From assembly GCA_965112735.1 (NCBI GenBank), contig CBCOSG010000002.1:44426-108425 (forward strand): DNA of 64,000 nucleotides, in the 5' to 3' direction. Origin of the DNA: Phaeosaccion multiseriatum (Eukaryota > Protista > Ochrophyta, other classes). The position numbers and the translations under genes were made by a program. The notes under the pieces were generated by a model, which worked only from the letters and a program-made list of their open reading frames with translations, searched no databases and was not told where the DNA came from. Of the stretch, positions 34,745 through 46,300 are shown piece after piece (position 1 is the first letter of the stretch; each line of letters begins with the position of its first letter).

Positions 34745-36949
34745 ATGGCAACTAAATTTCCAAAATTTAGCCAAGCCCTTGCACAAGATCCAACAACACG
34801 AAGAATTTGGTACGGAATTGCAACGGCGCATGACTTTGAAACTCATGATGGTATGACGGAAGAAACTTTGTATCAAAAAATATTTGCTTCTCATTTTGGG
34901 CATTTAGCAATAATATTCCTTTGGACATCCGGTAATTTATTTCATGTAGCTTGGCAAGGAAATTTTGAACAATGGGTACTTAATCCATTAAAAGTTAAAC
35001 CTATTGCTCATACGATTTGGGATCCTCATTTTGGTGAACCAGCAATTAAAGCATTTACGAAAGGAGGAGCATTTTATCCAGTAAATATTGCTTACTCTGG
35101 AGTTTATCATTGGTGGTATACAATTGGGATGAGAACAAACAATGATTTATATAGAGGTTCTTTAGGACTAATATTATTATCAATATTATTATTGTTTGCT
35201 GGATGGGTACATTTACAACCTAAATTCCGTCCTAGTTTATCTTGGTTTAAGAATAATGAATCTCGATTAAATCATCATCTTTCTGGCTTATTTGGAGTGA
35301 GTTCACTTGCTTGGACAGGCCACTTAGTCCATGTAGCAATTCCTGCGTCACGTGGGATTAGAGTTGATTGGAACAATTTTTTAACAACTCCTCCTTATTC
35401 TGAAGGATTAACACCCTTTTTTAATGGTAACTGGAGTATTTATGCTCAAAACCCTGACAGTGGAAATCATATTTTTGGAACTAGTACAGGTGCAGGAACA
35501 GCAATTTTAACTTTTTTAGGTGGATTTCATCCTCAATCACAATCACTTTGGTTAACTGATATTGCACACCATCATTTAGCAATTGCTGTTGTTTTCATTG
35601 TTGCTGGACACATGTATCGTACTAATTTTAATATTGGACATGATATGAAAGAAATCTTAGATGCACACCGTCCTCCAGGTGGTCGTCTAGGAGCAGGTCA
35701 TAGAAATCTATTTGTTACAATTACAGAATCTTTACATATGCAGTTAGGTTTAGCGTTAGCATCTTTAGGAGTTGCTACTTCTTTAGTAGCTCAACATATG
35801 TATGCAATTCCTCCTTATGCTTTCATGGCCAAAGATTTTACAACTCAAGCAGCGTTATATACACATCATCAATATATAGCTGGATTTTTAATGGTAGGGG
35901 CATTTGCCCATGGTGCAATTTTCTTTGTCCGAGATTATGATCCTGAGCTGAATAAAAACAATGTGTTAGCTAGAATGCTAGAACATAAAGAGGCTATTAT
36001 TTCTCATTTAAGTTGGGTGAGTTTATTTTTAGGTTTTCATACATTGGGGCTTTATATTCATAATGATACGGTTGTGGCTTTTGGTCAACCTGAAAAACAA
36101 ATTTTAATCGAACCAGTATTTGCACAATTTATTCAAGCAGCTTCGGGAAAAGCTTTATACGGTTTTGATGTTTTATTATCTTCTTCACAAAGTCCAGCAG
36201 CTAGTGCAAGCAGTGAAATTTGGCTTCCTGGTTGGTTAGACGCTGTAAATAATGATAAAAATAGTTTATTCTTAACTATTGGGCCTGGAGATTTTTTAGT
36301 CCATCATGCCATTGCGTTAGGTTTACATACTACTACATTAATTCTAGTTAAAGGTGCTCTTGATGCGCGTGGATCAAAATTAATGCCAGATAAAAAAGAT
36401 TTTGGTTATAGTTTCCCTTGTGATGGTCCAGGGCGTGGTGGTACATGTGACATTTCTGCATGGGATGCTTTCTATTTAGCTATGTTCTGGATGTTAAATA
36501 CTATTGGATGGGTAACTTTTTATTGGCATTGGAAACATGTAACTATATGGCAAGGAAACGCTGCTCAATTTAATGAATCCTCAAATTATTTAATGGGTTG
36601 GTTACGTGATTATCTATGGTTAAATTCATCGCCATTAATTAACGGTTACAATCCATATGGAATGAATAGCTTATCTGTGTGGGCTTGGATGTTCTTGTTT
36701 GGTCATTTAGTTTGGGCAACAGGTTTTATGTTCCTAATTTCATGGCGTGGCTATTGGCAAGAGTTAATTGAAACTTTAGTATGGGCTCATGAACGAACTC
36801 CATTAGCTAATTTATTACGTTGGAAAGATAAGCCAGTTGCTTTATCTATTGTTCAAGCTCGATTAGTTGGATTAGCTCACTTCACAGTAGGTTATATCTT
36901 AACTTATGCAGCTTTTGTAATTGCATCAACAGCTGGTAAATTTGGTTAA
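34745..36949 (+). CDS. psaB: PSI P700 apoprotein A2
   Basis: [22 protein letters not shown]. Confidence 0.99.
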   Translation: MATKFPKFSQALAQDPTTRRIWYGIATAHDFETHDGMTEETLYQKIFASHFGHLAIIFLWTSGNLFHVAWQGNFEQWVLNPLKVKPIAHTIWDPHFGEPAIKAFTKGGAFYPVNIAYSGVYHWWYTIGMRTNNDLYRGSLGLILLSILLLFAGWVHLQPKFRPSLSWFKNNESRLNHHLSGLFGVSSLAWTGHLVHVAIPASRGIRVDWNNFLTTPPYSEGLTPFFNGNWSIYAQNPDSGNHIFGTSTGAGTAILTFLGGFHPQSQSLWLTDIAHHHLAIAVVFIVAGHMYRTNFNIGHDMKEILDAHRPPGGRLGAGHRNLFVTITESLHMQLGLALASLGVATSLVAQHMYAIPPYAFMAKDFTTQAALYTHHQYIAGFLMVGAFAHGAIFFVRDYDPELNKNNVLARMLEHKEAIISHLSWVSLFLGFHTLGLYIHNDTVVAFGQPEKQILIEPVFAQFIQAASGKALYGFDVLLSSSQSPAASASSEIWLPGWLDAVNNDKNSLFLTIGPGDFLVHHAIALGLHTTTLILVKGALDARGSKLMPDKKDFGYSFPCDGPGRGGTCDISAWDAFYLAMFWMLNTIGWVTFYWHWKHVTIWQGNAAQFNESSNYLMGWLRDYLWLNSSPLINGYNPYGMNSLSVWAWMFLFGHLVWATGFMFLISWRGYWQELIETLVWAHERTPLANLLRWKDKPVALSIVQARLVGLAHFTVGYILTYAAFVIASTAGKFG

Positions 36950-36974
36950 CTTTTTTTACTAATTGAAATTCGAA

Positions 36975-37003
36975 CCAGATAAAAAAATAAAAATTTTATC
37001 TGG
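36975..37003. terminator. Stem-loop 3' of psaB
   Basis: CCAGATAAAA...TTTTATCTGG. Confidence 0.55.
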
Positions 37004-37035
37004 GTAAAATAAATATAAATAAAAACAAATTTTAA

Positions 37036-37338
37036 ATGGCAAAAATATCGATAGTACGGCGCAATAATAAAAGAAAAAAATTAGTTCAAAAATATTCTTT
37101 AGAAAGACAATCTCTTTTAAAAAAATTAAAAGAAACAGAAACGCTCCGATCGAAATTAAATATTCAAAAAGCTTTACAACAATTACCTAGAAACAGTTCT
37201 AAAGTTCGGGTAAGGAATAGATGTTGGTTAACAGGCCGAGGAAATGGTGTTTATCGTGATTTTGGATTATGTCGCCATATGATTAAAAAAATGGCTCATA
37301 ATTGTTTTTTACCTGGTCTCCGCAAAGCAAGTTGGTAA
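37036..37338 (+). CDS. rps14: 30S ribosomal protein S14
   Basis: LPRNSS, RNRCWLTGR, PGLRKASW. Confidence 0.98.
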   Translation: MAKISIVRRNNKRKKLVQKYSLERQSLLKKLKETETLRSKLNIQKALQQLPRNSSKVRVRNRCWLTGRGNGVYRDFGLCRHMIKKMAHNCFLPGLRKASW

Positions 37339-37424
37339 ATATTAGAATAAAAAAATTTAGATAGTCAAATTAAATGAAAATGTAGAAAGTATTTATTATA
37401 CTTTTTCATTTCTATATTTAATAA

Positions 37425-37556
37425 TTAGAATAAACCAAATTGGTCTAAACCAATCTGATCTGAACGGCGGTATTGTAAATAAGCAACAACAAATAAACCA
37501 ATTAAAGTGACTGGAATAAGACCAAGAACCATTCCAAATAAAAGAGGTTCAATCAT
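37425..37556 (-). CDS. petG: Cytochrome b6f subunit V, with duplicated C-terminus
   Basis: Manual translation [43 protein letters not shown]. Confidence 0.95.
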   Translation of the reverse strand: MIEPLLFGMVLGLIPVTLIGLFVVAYLQYRRSDQIGLDQFGLF

Positions 37557-37654
37557 AAAAAAGTAAGTATTATAACTATCGAGTAATCGATTTATTGTAT
37601 AGACAAAAATTTAATATCGACTCATTAATTTTATATTAAAAATTTTATTTTTTA

Positions 37655-37789
37655 TTAACGGAAACCTACAGCAGCTTGCCAGACAAAAGCTAATAATAAG
37701 AAAAATACTGGAACAGCCGGTAAGATATCAACAATAGGACTAAAAATTACATAAGCGTCAGGCAATTTCGTTAATACTATACTTTCCAT
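37655..37789 (-). CDS. psbK: Photosystem II protein K
   Basis: Manual translation ...[37 protein letters not shown]. Confidence 0.97.
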   Translation of the reverse strand: MESIVLTKLPDAYVIFSPIVDILPAVPVFFLLLAFVWQAAVGFR

Positions 37790-37962
37790 AATAATTTGAC
37801 CCTAATTAGAAAAAAATAATTATAATAATTTGTTTAATGAAATAAACTTATGTATGAATATACTACCCTTAAAAGTTATTAAAGAATAAAAGAAACGGAT
37901 GTTATTTTTTAAATAACCAACTATATTATATAACATACTACATTATTATTATAAAACCCTAT

Positions 37963-38163
37963 ATGTCATCGGCAATTGTTATTCAAATTTTAACAAGTCT
38001 ATTTATTTTACTATCTATAGGTTTAGGTCTTACAGTTCCAGTAGCTTTAGCAATTCCAGGTCGGTGGAATCCTACCTATAAAAGTAGACTTATAAAGTCT
38101 ACAAGTGTTTGGACTTTATTAATTATTTTAATTACGTTCTTTAACACTTTCGCAACTACTTAA
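37963..38163 (+). CDS. psbZ: Photosystem II protein Z, divergent
   Basis: Two TM helices, VPVALAIPGRW...K...W pattern; divergently oriented from psbK. Confidence 0.78.
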   Translation: MSSAIVIQILTSLFILLSIGLGLTVPVALAIPGRWNPTYKSRLIKSTSVWTLLIILITFFNTFATT

Positions 38164-38439
38164 GCTTAGCTTAGATGGGAATTTTTTAGGAATCCAGTAT
38201 TAAAATTATTATATTTGAATAATTAAAAAACGTACAATTTAGTACTACGTAATAAATATATAATGTATACGAACAATATTTGCTAAATATTAAGGGAAAA
38301 TTAAATTTAGAAGCTTGTCTAAGTAATTAAATACTTAATAAAAAAAAATTTAAACATACAGGAAAGGAAAAATAAATTATACAAATAATTGTTATTAAAA
38401 TAACTAATTATAAATAATAGATAGTCTGGAGAAATAATT

Positions 38440-38757
38440 TTGAATAATTCTATTTTATTAGTTAAAATACTTAAAAAACCACAGCAAGTTTTTTTCAGCA
38501 ACGATATTATGTCTGCGGAAGTTCTTGTACGTTTTCGTTGCCCAATAAATTATCAAATTTATAATATTGGTCTTGCTGTGTTCTGGGGTAGCTCAGCTAC
38601 TATCCTTTTAGAATATTATAAAAAAAATGATTATATCATACTAGAGGGTACTGTTGGATTTAAAAAAGTTTTTTTAGATGATAATGGTAAGAACAGCCCA
38701 AAAGATTTAGAAATATCAGTCTTAAATTTTCACCCTTTTCTGATTAGTAGTTATTAA
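38440..38757 (+). CDS. ycf41: Ycf41 (SSB-like OB fold), TTG start
   Basis: N-S-ILLVKILKKP, FWG, YYKKNDYIILEG. Confidence 0.85.
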   Translation: MNNSILLVKILKKPQQVFFSNDIMSAEVLVRFRCPINYQIYNIGLAVFWGSSATILLEYYKKNDYIILEGTVGFKKVFLDDNGKNSPKDLEISVLNFHPFLISSY

Positions 38758-38807
38758 AAAGAATAATAATAACAGTATCGGTAATAAAAAAAATAATAAA
38801 AAAAAAT

Positions 38808-39257
38808 ATGGATTTTATCAAACCTTATAATAATGATCCTTCTGTAGGACATTTATCTACACCTATTACAACATCGGCAGTAACAAATATAATTTTATCA
38901 AATTTACCAGCATATCGTCCTAATATGTCACCAATTCTTCGTGGTTTAGAAGTAGGTATGGCCCATGGGTATTTATTACTTGGTCCATTTAATACATTGG
39001 GACCGTTAAGAAATTCTAAATTTAGTCTTATGGTTGCTGTTTTATCTACTATTGGCCTAGTAACAATTTTAACACTTTGTTTAGTTATCTACGGAAAAGT
39101 GACATTTAAACCTGAGGATGAAAAAAGTCGTTGGCATGAGTTATTTAATACTCGACCATGGGAAAATTTTACTTCTGGTTTTCTAATCGGAGCCTATGGA
39201 GGAGTTGGTTTTGGCTATGTAATATTATTAACTTTACAATCAGGGGGTAATTCATAA
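38808..39257 (+). CDS. psaL: Photosystem I subunit XI
   Basis: DPSVGHLSTPI, NLPAYR, RGLEVGMAHGY. Confidence 0.97.
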   Translation: MDFIKPYNNDPSVGHLSTPITTSAVTNIILSNLPAYRPNMSPILRGLEVGMAHGYLLLGPFNTLGPLRNSKFSLMVAVLSTIGLVTILTLCLVIYGKVTFKPEDEKSRWHELFNTRPWENFTSGFLIGAYGGVGFGYVILLTLQSGGNS

Positions 39258-39559
39258 TGAATACGGCAACAAATAAAAAAACGCCTACTCAAAACAGTAG
39301 TAAAGAATATATTTTTACAGAAATCGCTCGCATTGTGTCAGCGCATTTGTGTGTAGAATCGTCATCTATTGTCTCAGATTCTAACTTCTCAGATTTAGGT
39401 GCTGATTCTTTAGATATTGTAGAAATGGTGATGTCTATGGAAGAAGCCTTTGGTATTCCAATGCGAGACCTGAAAGCATTAGATATTGAAACTGTTGGTC
39501 AGGCTGTTTCTTTTGTGCAAAAAAGATTAACCGCGAAAATTGTTAATGAGACGAAATAA
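39257..39559 (+). CDS. acpP: Acyl carrier protein
   Basis: DLGADSLDIVEMVM phosphopantetheine motif; TAATG overlap with psaL. Confidence 0.95.
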   Translation: MNTATNKKTPTQNSSKEYIFTEIARIVSAHLCVESSSIVSDSNFSDLGADSLDIVEMVMSMEEAFGIPMRDLKALDIETVGQAVSFVQKRLTAKIVNETK

Positions 39560-39634
39560 TAAGACGAAAAAAAAATAATTCAATATGCTTGACATATCAA
39601 AGATAACCAATATACTGATATAACGCTTTACAGC

Positions 39635-39668
39635 ACTATACATACAAAATATTATTTGTATGTATAGT
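39635..39668. terminator. 14-bp stem-loop after acpP
   Basis: ACTATACATACAAA-N6-TTTGTATGTATAGT. Confidence 0.65.
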
Positions 39669-39769
39669 AAAAATTCATTAAATTAAAAAAATAAGTATTT
39701 CTGCAAAATTCATAAAGAAATGGGATACTAGTAAAGCTTCACTTCATTCAAGATACGAATATTAATAAT

Positions 39770-40140
39770 TTAAAGTATGTTTATTCTTTGTAATAAATTA
39801 GTAATATTAGTCTAATCGTATTGCTGAAATAGCTTTACGGATTGAAAAAATATTTTTTAATTTTGGTTTTCTATTGATTAGGTAAGTAAGGGAGGCATGT
39901 GATTTTGAAAAAACTCTTTAAATAAAAAAAATATTTTGAGTTTTATAGGACTAAAAGTTTTGAAAGCTTTAACTCCAACTTCAAACTCATGTTAAATTTT
40001 GATCTATTTTTGAAAAAAAAAACAGGTCTTTTTTTTAGGTGAGAAATCAATGCATTATATCCTTAATTTCCCCGCAGTACAAGACTTTAATAGAATTGGA
40101 AGATGCTTCTATCTATTTAAAACTGAAAAGAAAATTCTTC
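39770..40140 (-). pseudogene. Heavily decayed C-terminal fragment of a second plasmid Rep-like ORF
   Basis: Broken frames give HEFEV, KTFSPI, FLFKEFFQ, TNQ*KTKIKKYF, paralleling the C-terminus of the adjacent pseudogene (NVSTQNQANIKKL); boundaries approximate. Confidence 0.45.
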
Positions 40141-40174
40141 AATAGTCTAACCATGAATAGATTTTTAATATTTT

Positions 40175-41640
40175 CTAGAATATTTCGTAGAATCATATGA
40201 TCTTACTTTGTCCAATTCTTAGAGGAACGAGTTTATTAGTTTCGTATACTTTTCGAGATTTAGTAACTAATTTAAATTTATTTTTGATTCAATTATCCTG
40301 TTGTAATTGATGAAATAATTCAACAATTAGTTTTTTATTTAATGTTTGCTTGGTTTTGTGTAGAAACATTGAATTGGTCTAAAAAGTCTGTTGCATGGAA
40401 TACCTTTTCTAAACTATTAGTACTCATACACTGGATAATTTGAAGCTTTACTTGCAATTGGTAATTTGTTTGATAAATAATAAACGAAGAGGGGGAAAGA
40501 AAATGGATAGTGATACCAATACAACTGCTCGGCTATAAGAATTTTGGTAACCAAATACTTATGTTCTTTTTATATTTCTACAAAAGTAGTGGACGCTACA
40601 CTTCGAAAGTAATCATCAGAAAAAATAGTAATATCAGGAGTGTTATGCTTAAGATCTTGTAAAAAGTTTCAAATTTGTGTTGAGTGGTAGTTATTATTGT
40701 TCTTGATTTTGGTAAAATCCATAAACTCTTTTACTGGTAACTGTATAAGATAATATTTTTGTGATAATAAATATTTTATAAAATATGGTCTGCGTCGACT
40801 AAAAGATAAGAATTGAAGTAACCAGAAAACAGATTTCTGATTCTCAATAATCTACAAATTATTGCTTGGTAAATAACTAGTAACTAAAGAATCAATAGAT
40901 TTGTGAGTTTTTCTAGAATAATGAATAAGCCAATTAGTATATAAATCATCAAGAACTAATACTTTCTTGGAATGTTCATAAAAATATTATGTTAGTATGT
41001 CTTCGAAATTATTTGGATGATTCATAAATAAAAAATCTTGTAAGATTGTTTTTTTCATTTCCAATCCAAACCGTAAACCATTTCGTTTCTCATAAACACG
41101 ATAATAATTTGGGCTTTTTCTAAACCCGATTCGTAAAATGAAGCCTTGATGATTTCGAGTATATTCAACAATATTTTTTTTTTGATCTAAGAAATGCTTT
41201 CCGACAACACTTATTCATAAATGATTCTAAATCACCTTTTTACTCATTAGACTTTCTTTCTCAAAAATAACAAAGATCAAATCGACTAAAACTGAGCCTA
41301 TATAATTTAAAAATATTCCAATCGAATTTTTGTGCCCGTAGAGCTTTGTAAATTTGAGTAGCATTCTTTCCAGAGAAATCTATTTTGGTTCCAACCTAAA
41401 AACTTTTGGCTTCAGGGTTATATTCGTGCTGCCTAAAAAAAACTTTAAATTGATTTTGTCTAGCATAATTGGAAGACTCCGATTTTCATTTGCTGTTGAT
41501 TCTTTTTACAACAGTAAAATTAAATCCGAAGTTTTGAAATAAATAGTTTGCAATTGATTTTGGATTTATCAAACCTTGAATGTTGAAAAGAAGATAATCA
41601 ACTTGTAAATTTGTAGATTCGAAACTTAATTTTTTTTTTT
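40175..41640 (-). pseudogene. Near full-length (about 490 codons) pseudogene of the diatom plastid plasmid large ORF family (pCf ORF482/484-like), probable Rep_trans-type initiator
   Basis: Manual translation: LSFESTNLQVDYL, IANYLF, GTKIDFSGKNA, FDWNIF, SRFDLCYF, GFILRIGFRK/PNYYRVYEK, LRFGLEMK, LLQFLSF, YPFSFP, LEKVF, FYEIF; many in-frame stops and frameshifts. Confidence 0.8.
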
Positions 41641-41827
41641 AATAAGTTTACTTAGGGATAAATGAGTCTGAATAACTAATTGATCTATATTCTTTTTCTC
41701 GTATTTTATTAATCCTGAGCTATAGGAAATATCTAAAAGTGAGCTGCTAATTTATTTATTGATTTATCCATGCGATAAGATTTAGACTTGTCTCTTTATT
41801 AAGATCACAAGATTTATTTTTCTATAA

Positions 41828-41899
41828 AGGCGGTACTCAGATTTGAACTGAGGAATTTCGGCTTTGCAGACCACTGCCTTACCACTTGGCTATACCACC
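41828..41899 (-). tRNA. trnC: tRNA-Cys(GCA)
   Basis: GGTGGTATAGCCAAGTGGTAAGGC...CTGCAAA; weak anticodon stem. Confidence 0.88.
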
Positions 41900-42034
41900 A
41901 TTTATTTTTATATTTTAATCGCAGGGAAACTTACTAAAAAAAAAGACGTTGTGTCCAGTCTTGATTTGAATGGTTATAATAATTAAACACTAGAAGTAGT
42001 TTTTAATTATTATATTCACCATTTTATATATTAT

Positions 42035-42454
42035 TTAGTATCTTTCACCAGATGGACGACTTTGAACAGAATAACTGTTAAGAGTGTATTGAATATTACG
42101 ACCCGCAGTTTCAGTTCTATCTAAGTAGAAACCAGGTTCTTGTTGTGGGCGTGAAACAATATATGACATAACACAACTTTCAGTACCAATACTTGCATCG
42201 AAAGCATTAATTTTGATGTAACCAGTAGTATTAACTCTACGGCACTCAGCTAATTCATACATTACTGCAGCAGAATCTTTAATATCAAACAATGGAAGAC
42301 CCCATAATTCCCAGTAGCAGTTACGTGGATGTGGATCATCTGTCCATTCAACACTAATTGCCCACCCGTTATTGATGGCATATTCTACTTGTTTTTTAAT
42401 TTGTGCATCATCTAAATCGTTTAAAAATGAAAAACAACCTTGTGTAAGTCTCAC
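42035..42454 (-). CDS. rbcS: RuBisCO small subunit, form ID (GTG start)
   Basis: RLTQGCFSFL, DDPHPRN, WELWGLPLFD. Confidence 0.99.
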   Translation of the reverse strand: MRLTQGCFSFLNDLDDAQIKKQVEYAINNGWAISVEWTDDPHPRNCYWELWGLPLFDIKDSAAVMYELAECRRVNTTGYIKINAFDASIGTESCVMSYIVSRPQQEPGFYLDRTETAGRNIQYTLNSYSVQSRPSGERY

Positions 42455-42628
42455 TATTCAAGTTCCCCTAGTTATTTATTTTATTAATTTTTTTTTATTT
42501 TGTTCTTTTTATTTAACTTTTCTATATCTTGCAATTATTATTTCATATAAAAATTGCAATTATCTAGTCTATAAGATGGTATTAAAAATTTTTATTTTGA
42601 TTTAGTTAGTTATTACTATATTCTTTAA

Positions 42629-43429
42629 CTAGTTAATGAGATTAATTAATAAATTAGTTAATTCTATTATATCAACAGAGAAAGAGTTTTCTAGAGCGTC
42701 TTTTCGCATCTCAATTTCCTCCTTAAGAGTATAAATAAGATTTTCTTGTTCAGTAATAGTTTTAAAGAGATTTTTAATTACTATTGTTTGCCCTTCACTT
42801 TCTTTAATTTGTTCTTCAATTATTGAAATTTTCTCTTCAAGTATTGAATCAGTTGATAAAGCAGTTATTTTTATGTAAATCAGTAGTCCTACTACTATTA
42901 AAAAAAAGAACCATACAATTTGTAGAGTGAATTCCTCACGTCGAGTAAGTTCGGTTTGTTGCCTAAAATAGGCCCTTACGTTTCGAAGATGACGTTTTTC
43001 TCGTTTGTTTAATTCTTTGCCCTCTTTTCTCAGAACGCTAAGAAATAGTTTTCTTTGGATAGAAGCTCTTCCTAAATCTTTAAGAACTTCATTTTCTCGC
43101 TTCTTAAGCTTTTTTCTTTGCTCAGAAAACTGTTTTTGTTGGTTTGAAATAGACAGCTTCTGGTCAGTAATGTCTAGAGTGTCTTTAAAAATCTTTTCTT
43201 GTTCTTTGATAATTTCTTTTTTAAATTTTAAAAGTGTTGTTATTTGCGTTACAAAAAGTGCATTATAGTCTTGTTTTTTAATCTCTTCTTGAAGTTTCTT
43301 AGTACCCTCAGTTATTTCTCTTAATTTTTTATTCTTTTCTCTTTGTAATTTTATTTTTTCTATAGAAAGAATTAAAGATTTTGAGATTGACCTGCGTACC
43401 CGTCGTAATATCCAACTAATATTTATCAT
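42629..43429 (-). CDS. Orphan 266 aa coiled-coil protein with one TM helix, inserted between rbcL and rbcS
   Basis: Intact ORF co-directional with rbcL/rbcS; K/E/R-rich helices flank LQIVWFFFLIVVGLLIYI. Confidence 0.7.
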   Translation of the reverse strand: MINISWILRRVRRSISKSLILSIEKIKLQREKNKKLREITEGTKKLQEEIKKQDYNALFVTQITTLLKFKKEIIKEQEKIFKDTLDITDQKLSISNQQKQFSEQRKKLKKRENEVLKDLGRASIQRKLFLSVLRKEGKELNKREKRHLRNVRAYFRQQTELTRREEFTLQIVWFFFLIVVGLLIYIKITALSTDSILEEKISIIEEQIKESEGQTIVIKNLFKTITEQENLIYTLKEEIEMRKDALENSFSVDIIELTNLLINLIN

Positions 43430-43607
43430 AGGGCATAATTATATTTTAATTTAATGTTATACTTTATTTATAAATAAAACGAGATACCCTGTACCTAAAA
43501 ATAAATAATGAGTATCTATTTTATAGTATATCATAATGCTATTAATAAAAACTTTAGGTTAATTTTATCCAGTTTTAAGTTGTATTTAACTCAACTATTT
43601 AAAATAA

Positions 43608-45104
<1,497 letters not shown>

Positions 45105-45236
45105 TTACTGTAGATATATTTTTCTTTAAATAATAAGATTAATCAAGCAAGGACAAAATTTAAATTTATCAAAAAATTTTATTATTTTTTGTGTTTAATC
45201 TTTTAAGATACAGTTTATATTGTTACATTTAATTAA

Positions 45237-45854
45237 TTATAATAAACGTGAATAGTATTCAATTACAAAACGTTCATCTACTTGAAAACTGAAATCTCTT
45301 CTTTGGACTAACGAGTCTATTATAGTTCCAGTCAACTTATCTGAGTCGAATTCTAAATGATTCGGTAATCTAGTAAACCTAGGACTAAGCAAATTTTTGG
45401 TAACAAGATTTTTTGAAGAATTTTTATTTCTAATACTAATTCTGTCATTTAATTTACACTGAAAACTAGGAATATTTAATTTCGAGTCATTAACTGCAAC
45501 ATGACAATGGTTTATAAGTTGACGAGCGCCTGGAATAGTCTTCGATAAACCTAATCTGAAAACGACAGTATCTAACCTCATCTCTAATATTTGCATAAGT
45601 AAAAAACCAGTATTATCAGGACGCTTTCTAGCTTCTTTAATGTATGATAATAATTTTTTTTCCGTTATTCCATAATTATAGCGAAGTTTTTGCTTTTCGT
45701 ATAAGCGGACTCTGTATGCTGAAGGTTGACTTTTTTTTTTAAAGCCTTTTGAATTTTTGTCAAGACCAAATCTTTCATTTTTTTTTACAGTCAGTCCTGG
45801 TAAATGTCCCAGTCTTCGAGTAACTTTTAGTTTTGGACCTCTATATCTAGCCAT
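45237..45854 (-). CDS. rps4: 30S ribosomal protein S4
   Basis: MARYRGP, EKQKLRYNYG, LEMRLD, IEYYSR. Confidence 0.98.
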   Translation of the reverse strand: MARYRGPKLKVTRRLGHLPGLTVKKNERFGLDKNSKGFKKKSQPSAYRVRLYEKQKLRYNYGITEKKLLSYIKEARKRPDNTGFLLMQILEMRLDTVVFRLGLSKTIPGARQLINHCHVAVNDSKLNIPSFQCKLNDRISIRNKNSSKNLVTKNLLSPRFTRLPNHLEFDSDKLTGTIIDSLVQRRDFSFQVDERFVIEYYSRLL

Positions 45855-45955
45855 AGTAATAAAAAGAGTGTAATGTTGATAATTATAGTTAATAACCTTA
45901 AATGAAATCAGAATAATAAAAATAATAAAGTATTTTTAGCTTTTACCACTTTTAC

Positions 45956-46029
45956 TGAGCTAGAAGGGATTCGAACCCCTGACACCGTAGTTCGTAGCCA
46001 CGTGCTCTAGTCCACTGAGCTACAAGCCC
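45956..46029 (-). tRNA. trnR: tRNA-Arg(ACG)
   Basis: GGGCTTGTAGCTCAG...CTACGAA. Confidence 0.95.
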
Positions 46030-46219
46030 TAGTAATGGTGACGGGGCAACTGAACTACATGTATTTTATAAAGACTATTAAGGTACAAAACAAGACAGAC
46101 TAGATCCTACTACAATTTAACTTGATTTGTCAAGACCAGACAAAAAATGTGATATTTCTGTTTAATTTATTGACAGCAAATATATATTGAAGATATGTTA
46201 AGTAAGTATACCCACCGGT

Positions 46220-46293
46220 GGGATTGTAGTTCAATTGGTTAGAGCACCGCCCTGTCACGGCGGAAGTTGCGGGTTCGAGTCCCGTCAATCCCG
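46220..46293 (+). tRNA. trnD: tRNA-Asp(GUC)
   Basis: GGGATTGTAGTTCAATTGG...CTGTCAC. Confidence 0.96.
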
Positions 46294-46300
46294 TTAATAC

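Noticed and set aside
41354-41542. 62 aa plus-strand ORF in the first island
   Set aside because: Antisense to the Rep-like pseudogene; the coding signal is on the minus strand
40175-41640. Alternative genetic code (TGA=Trp) explaining the stops in the Rep-like ORF
   Set aside because: TAG and TAA stops and frameshifts also occur, and host genes use TGG for Trp and TGA as stop, so it is ordinary decay
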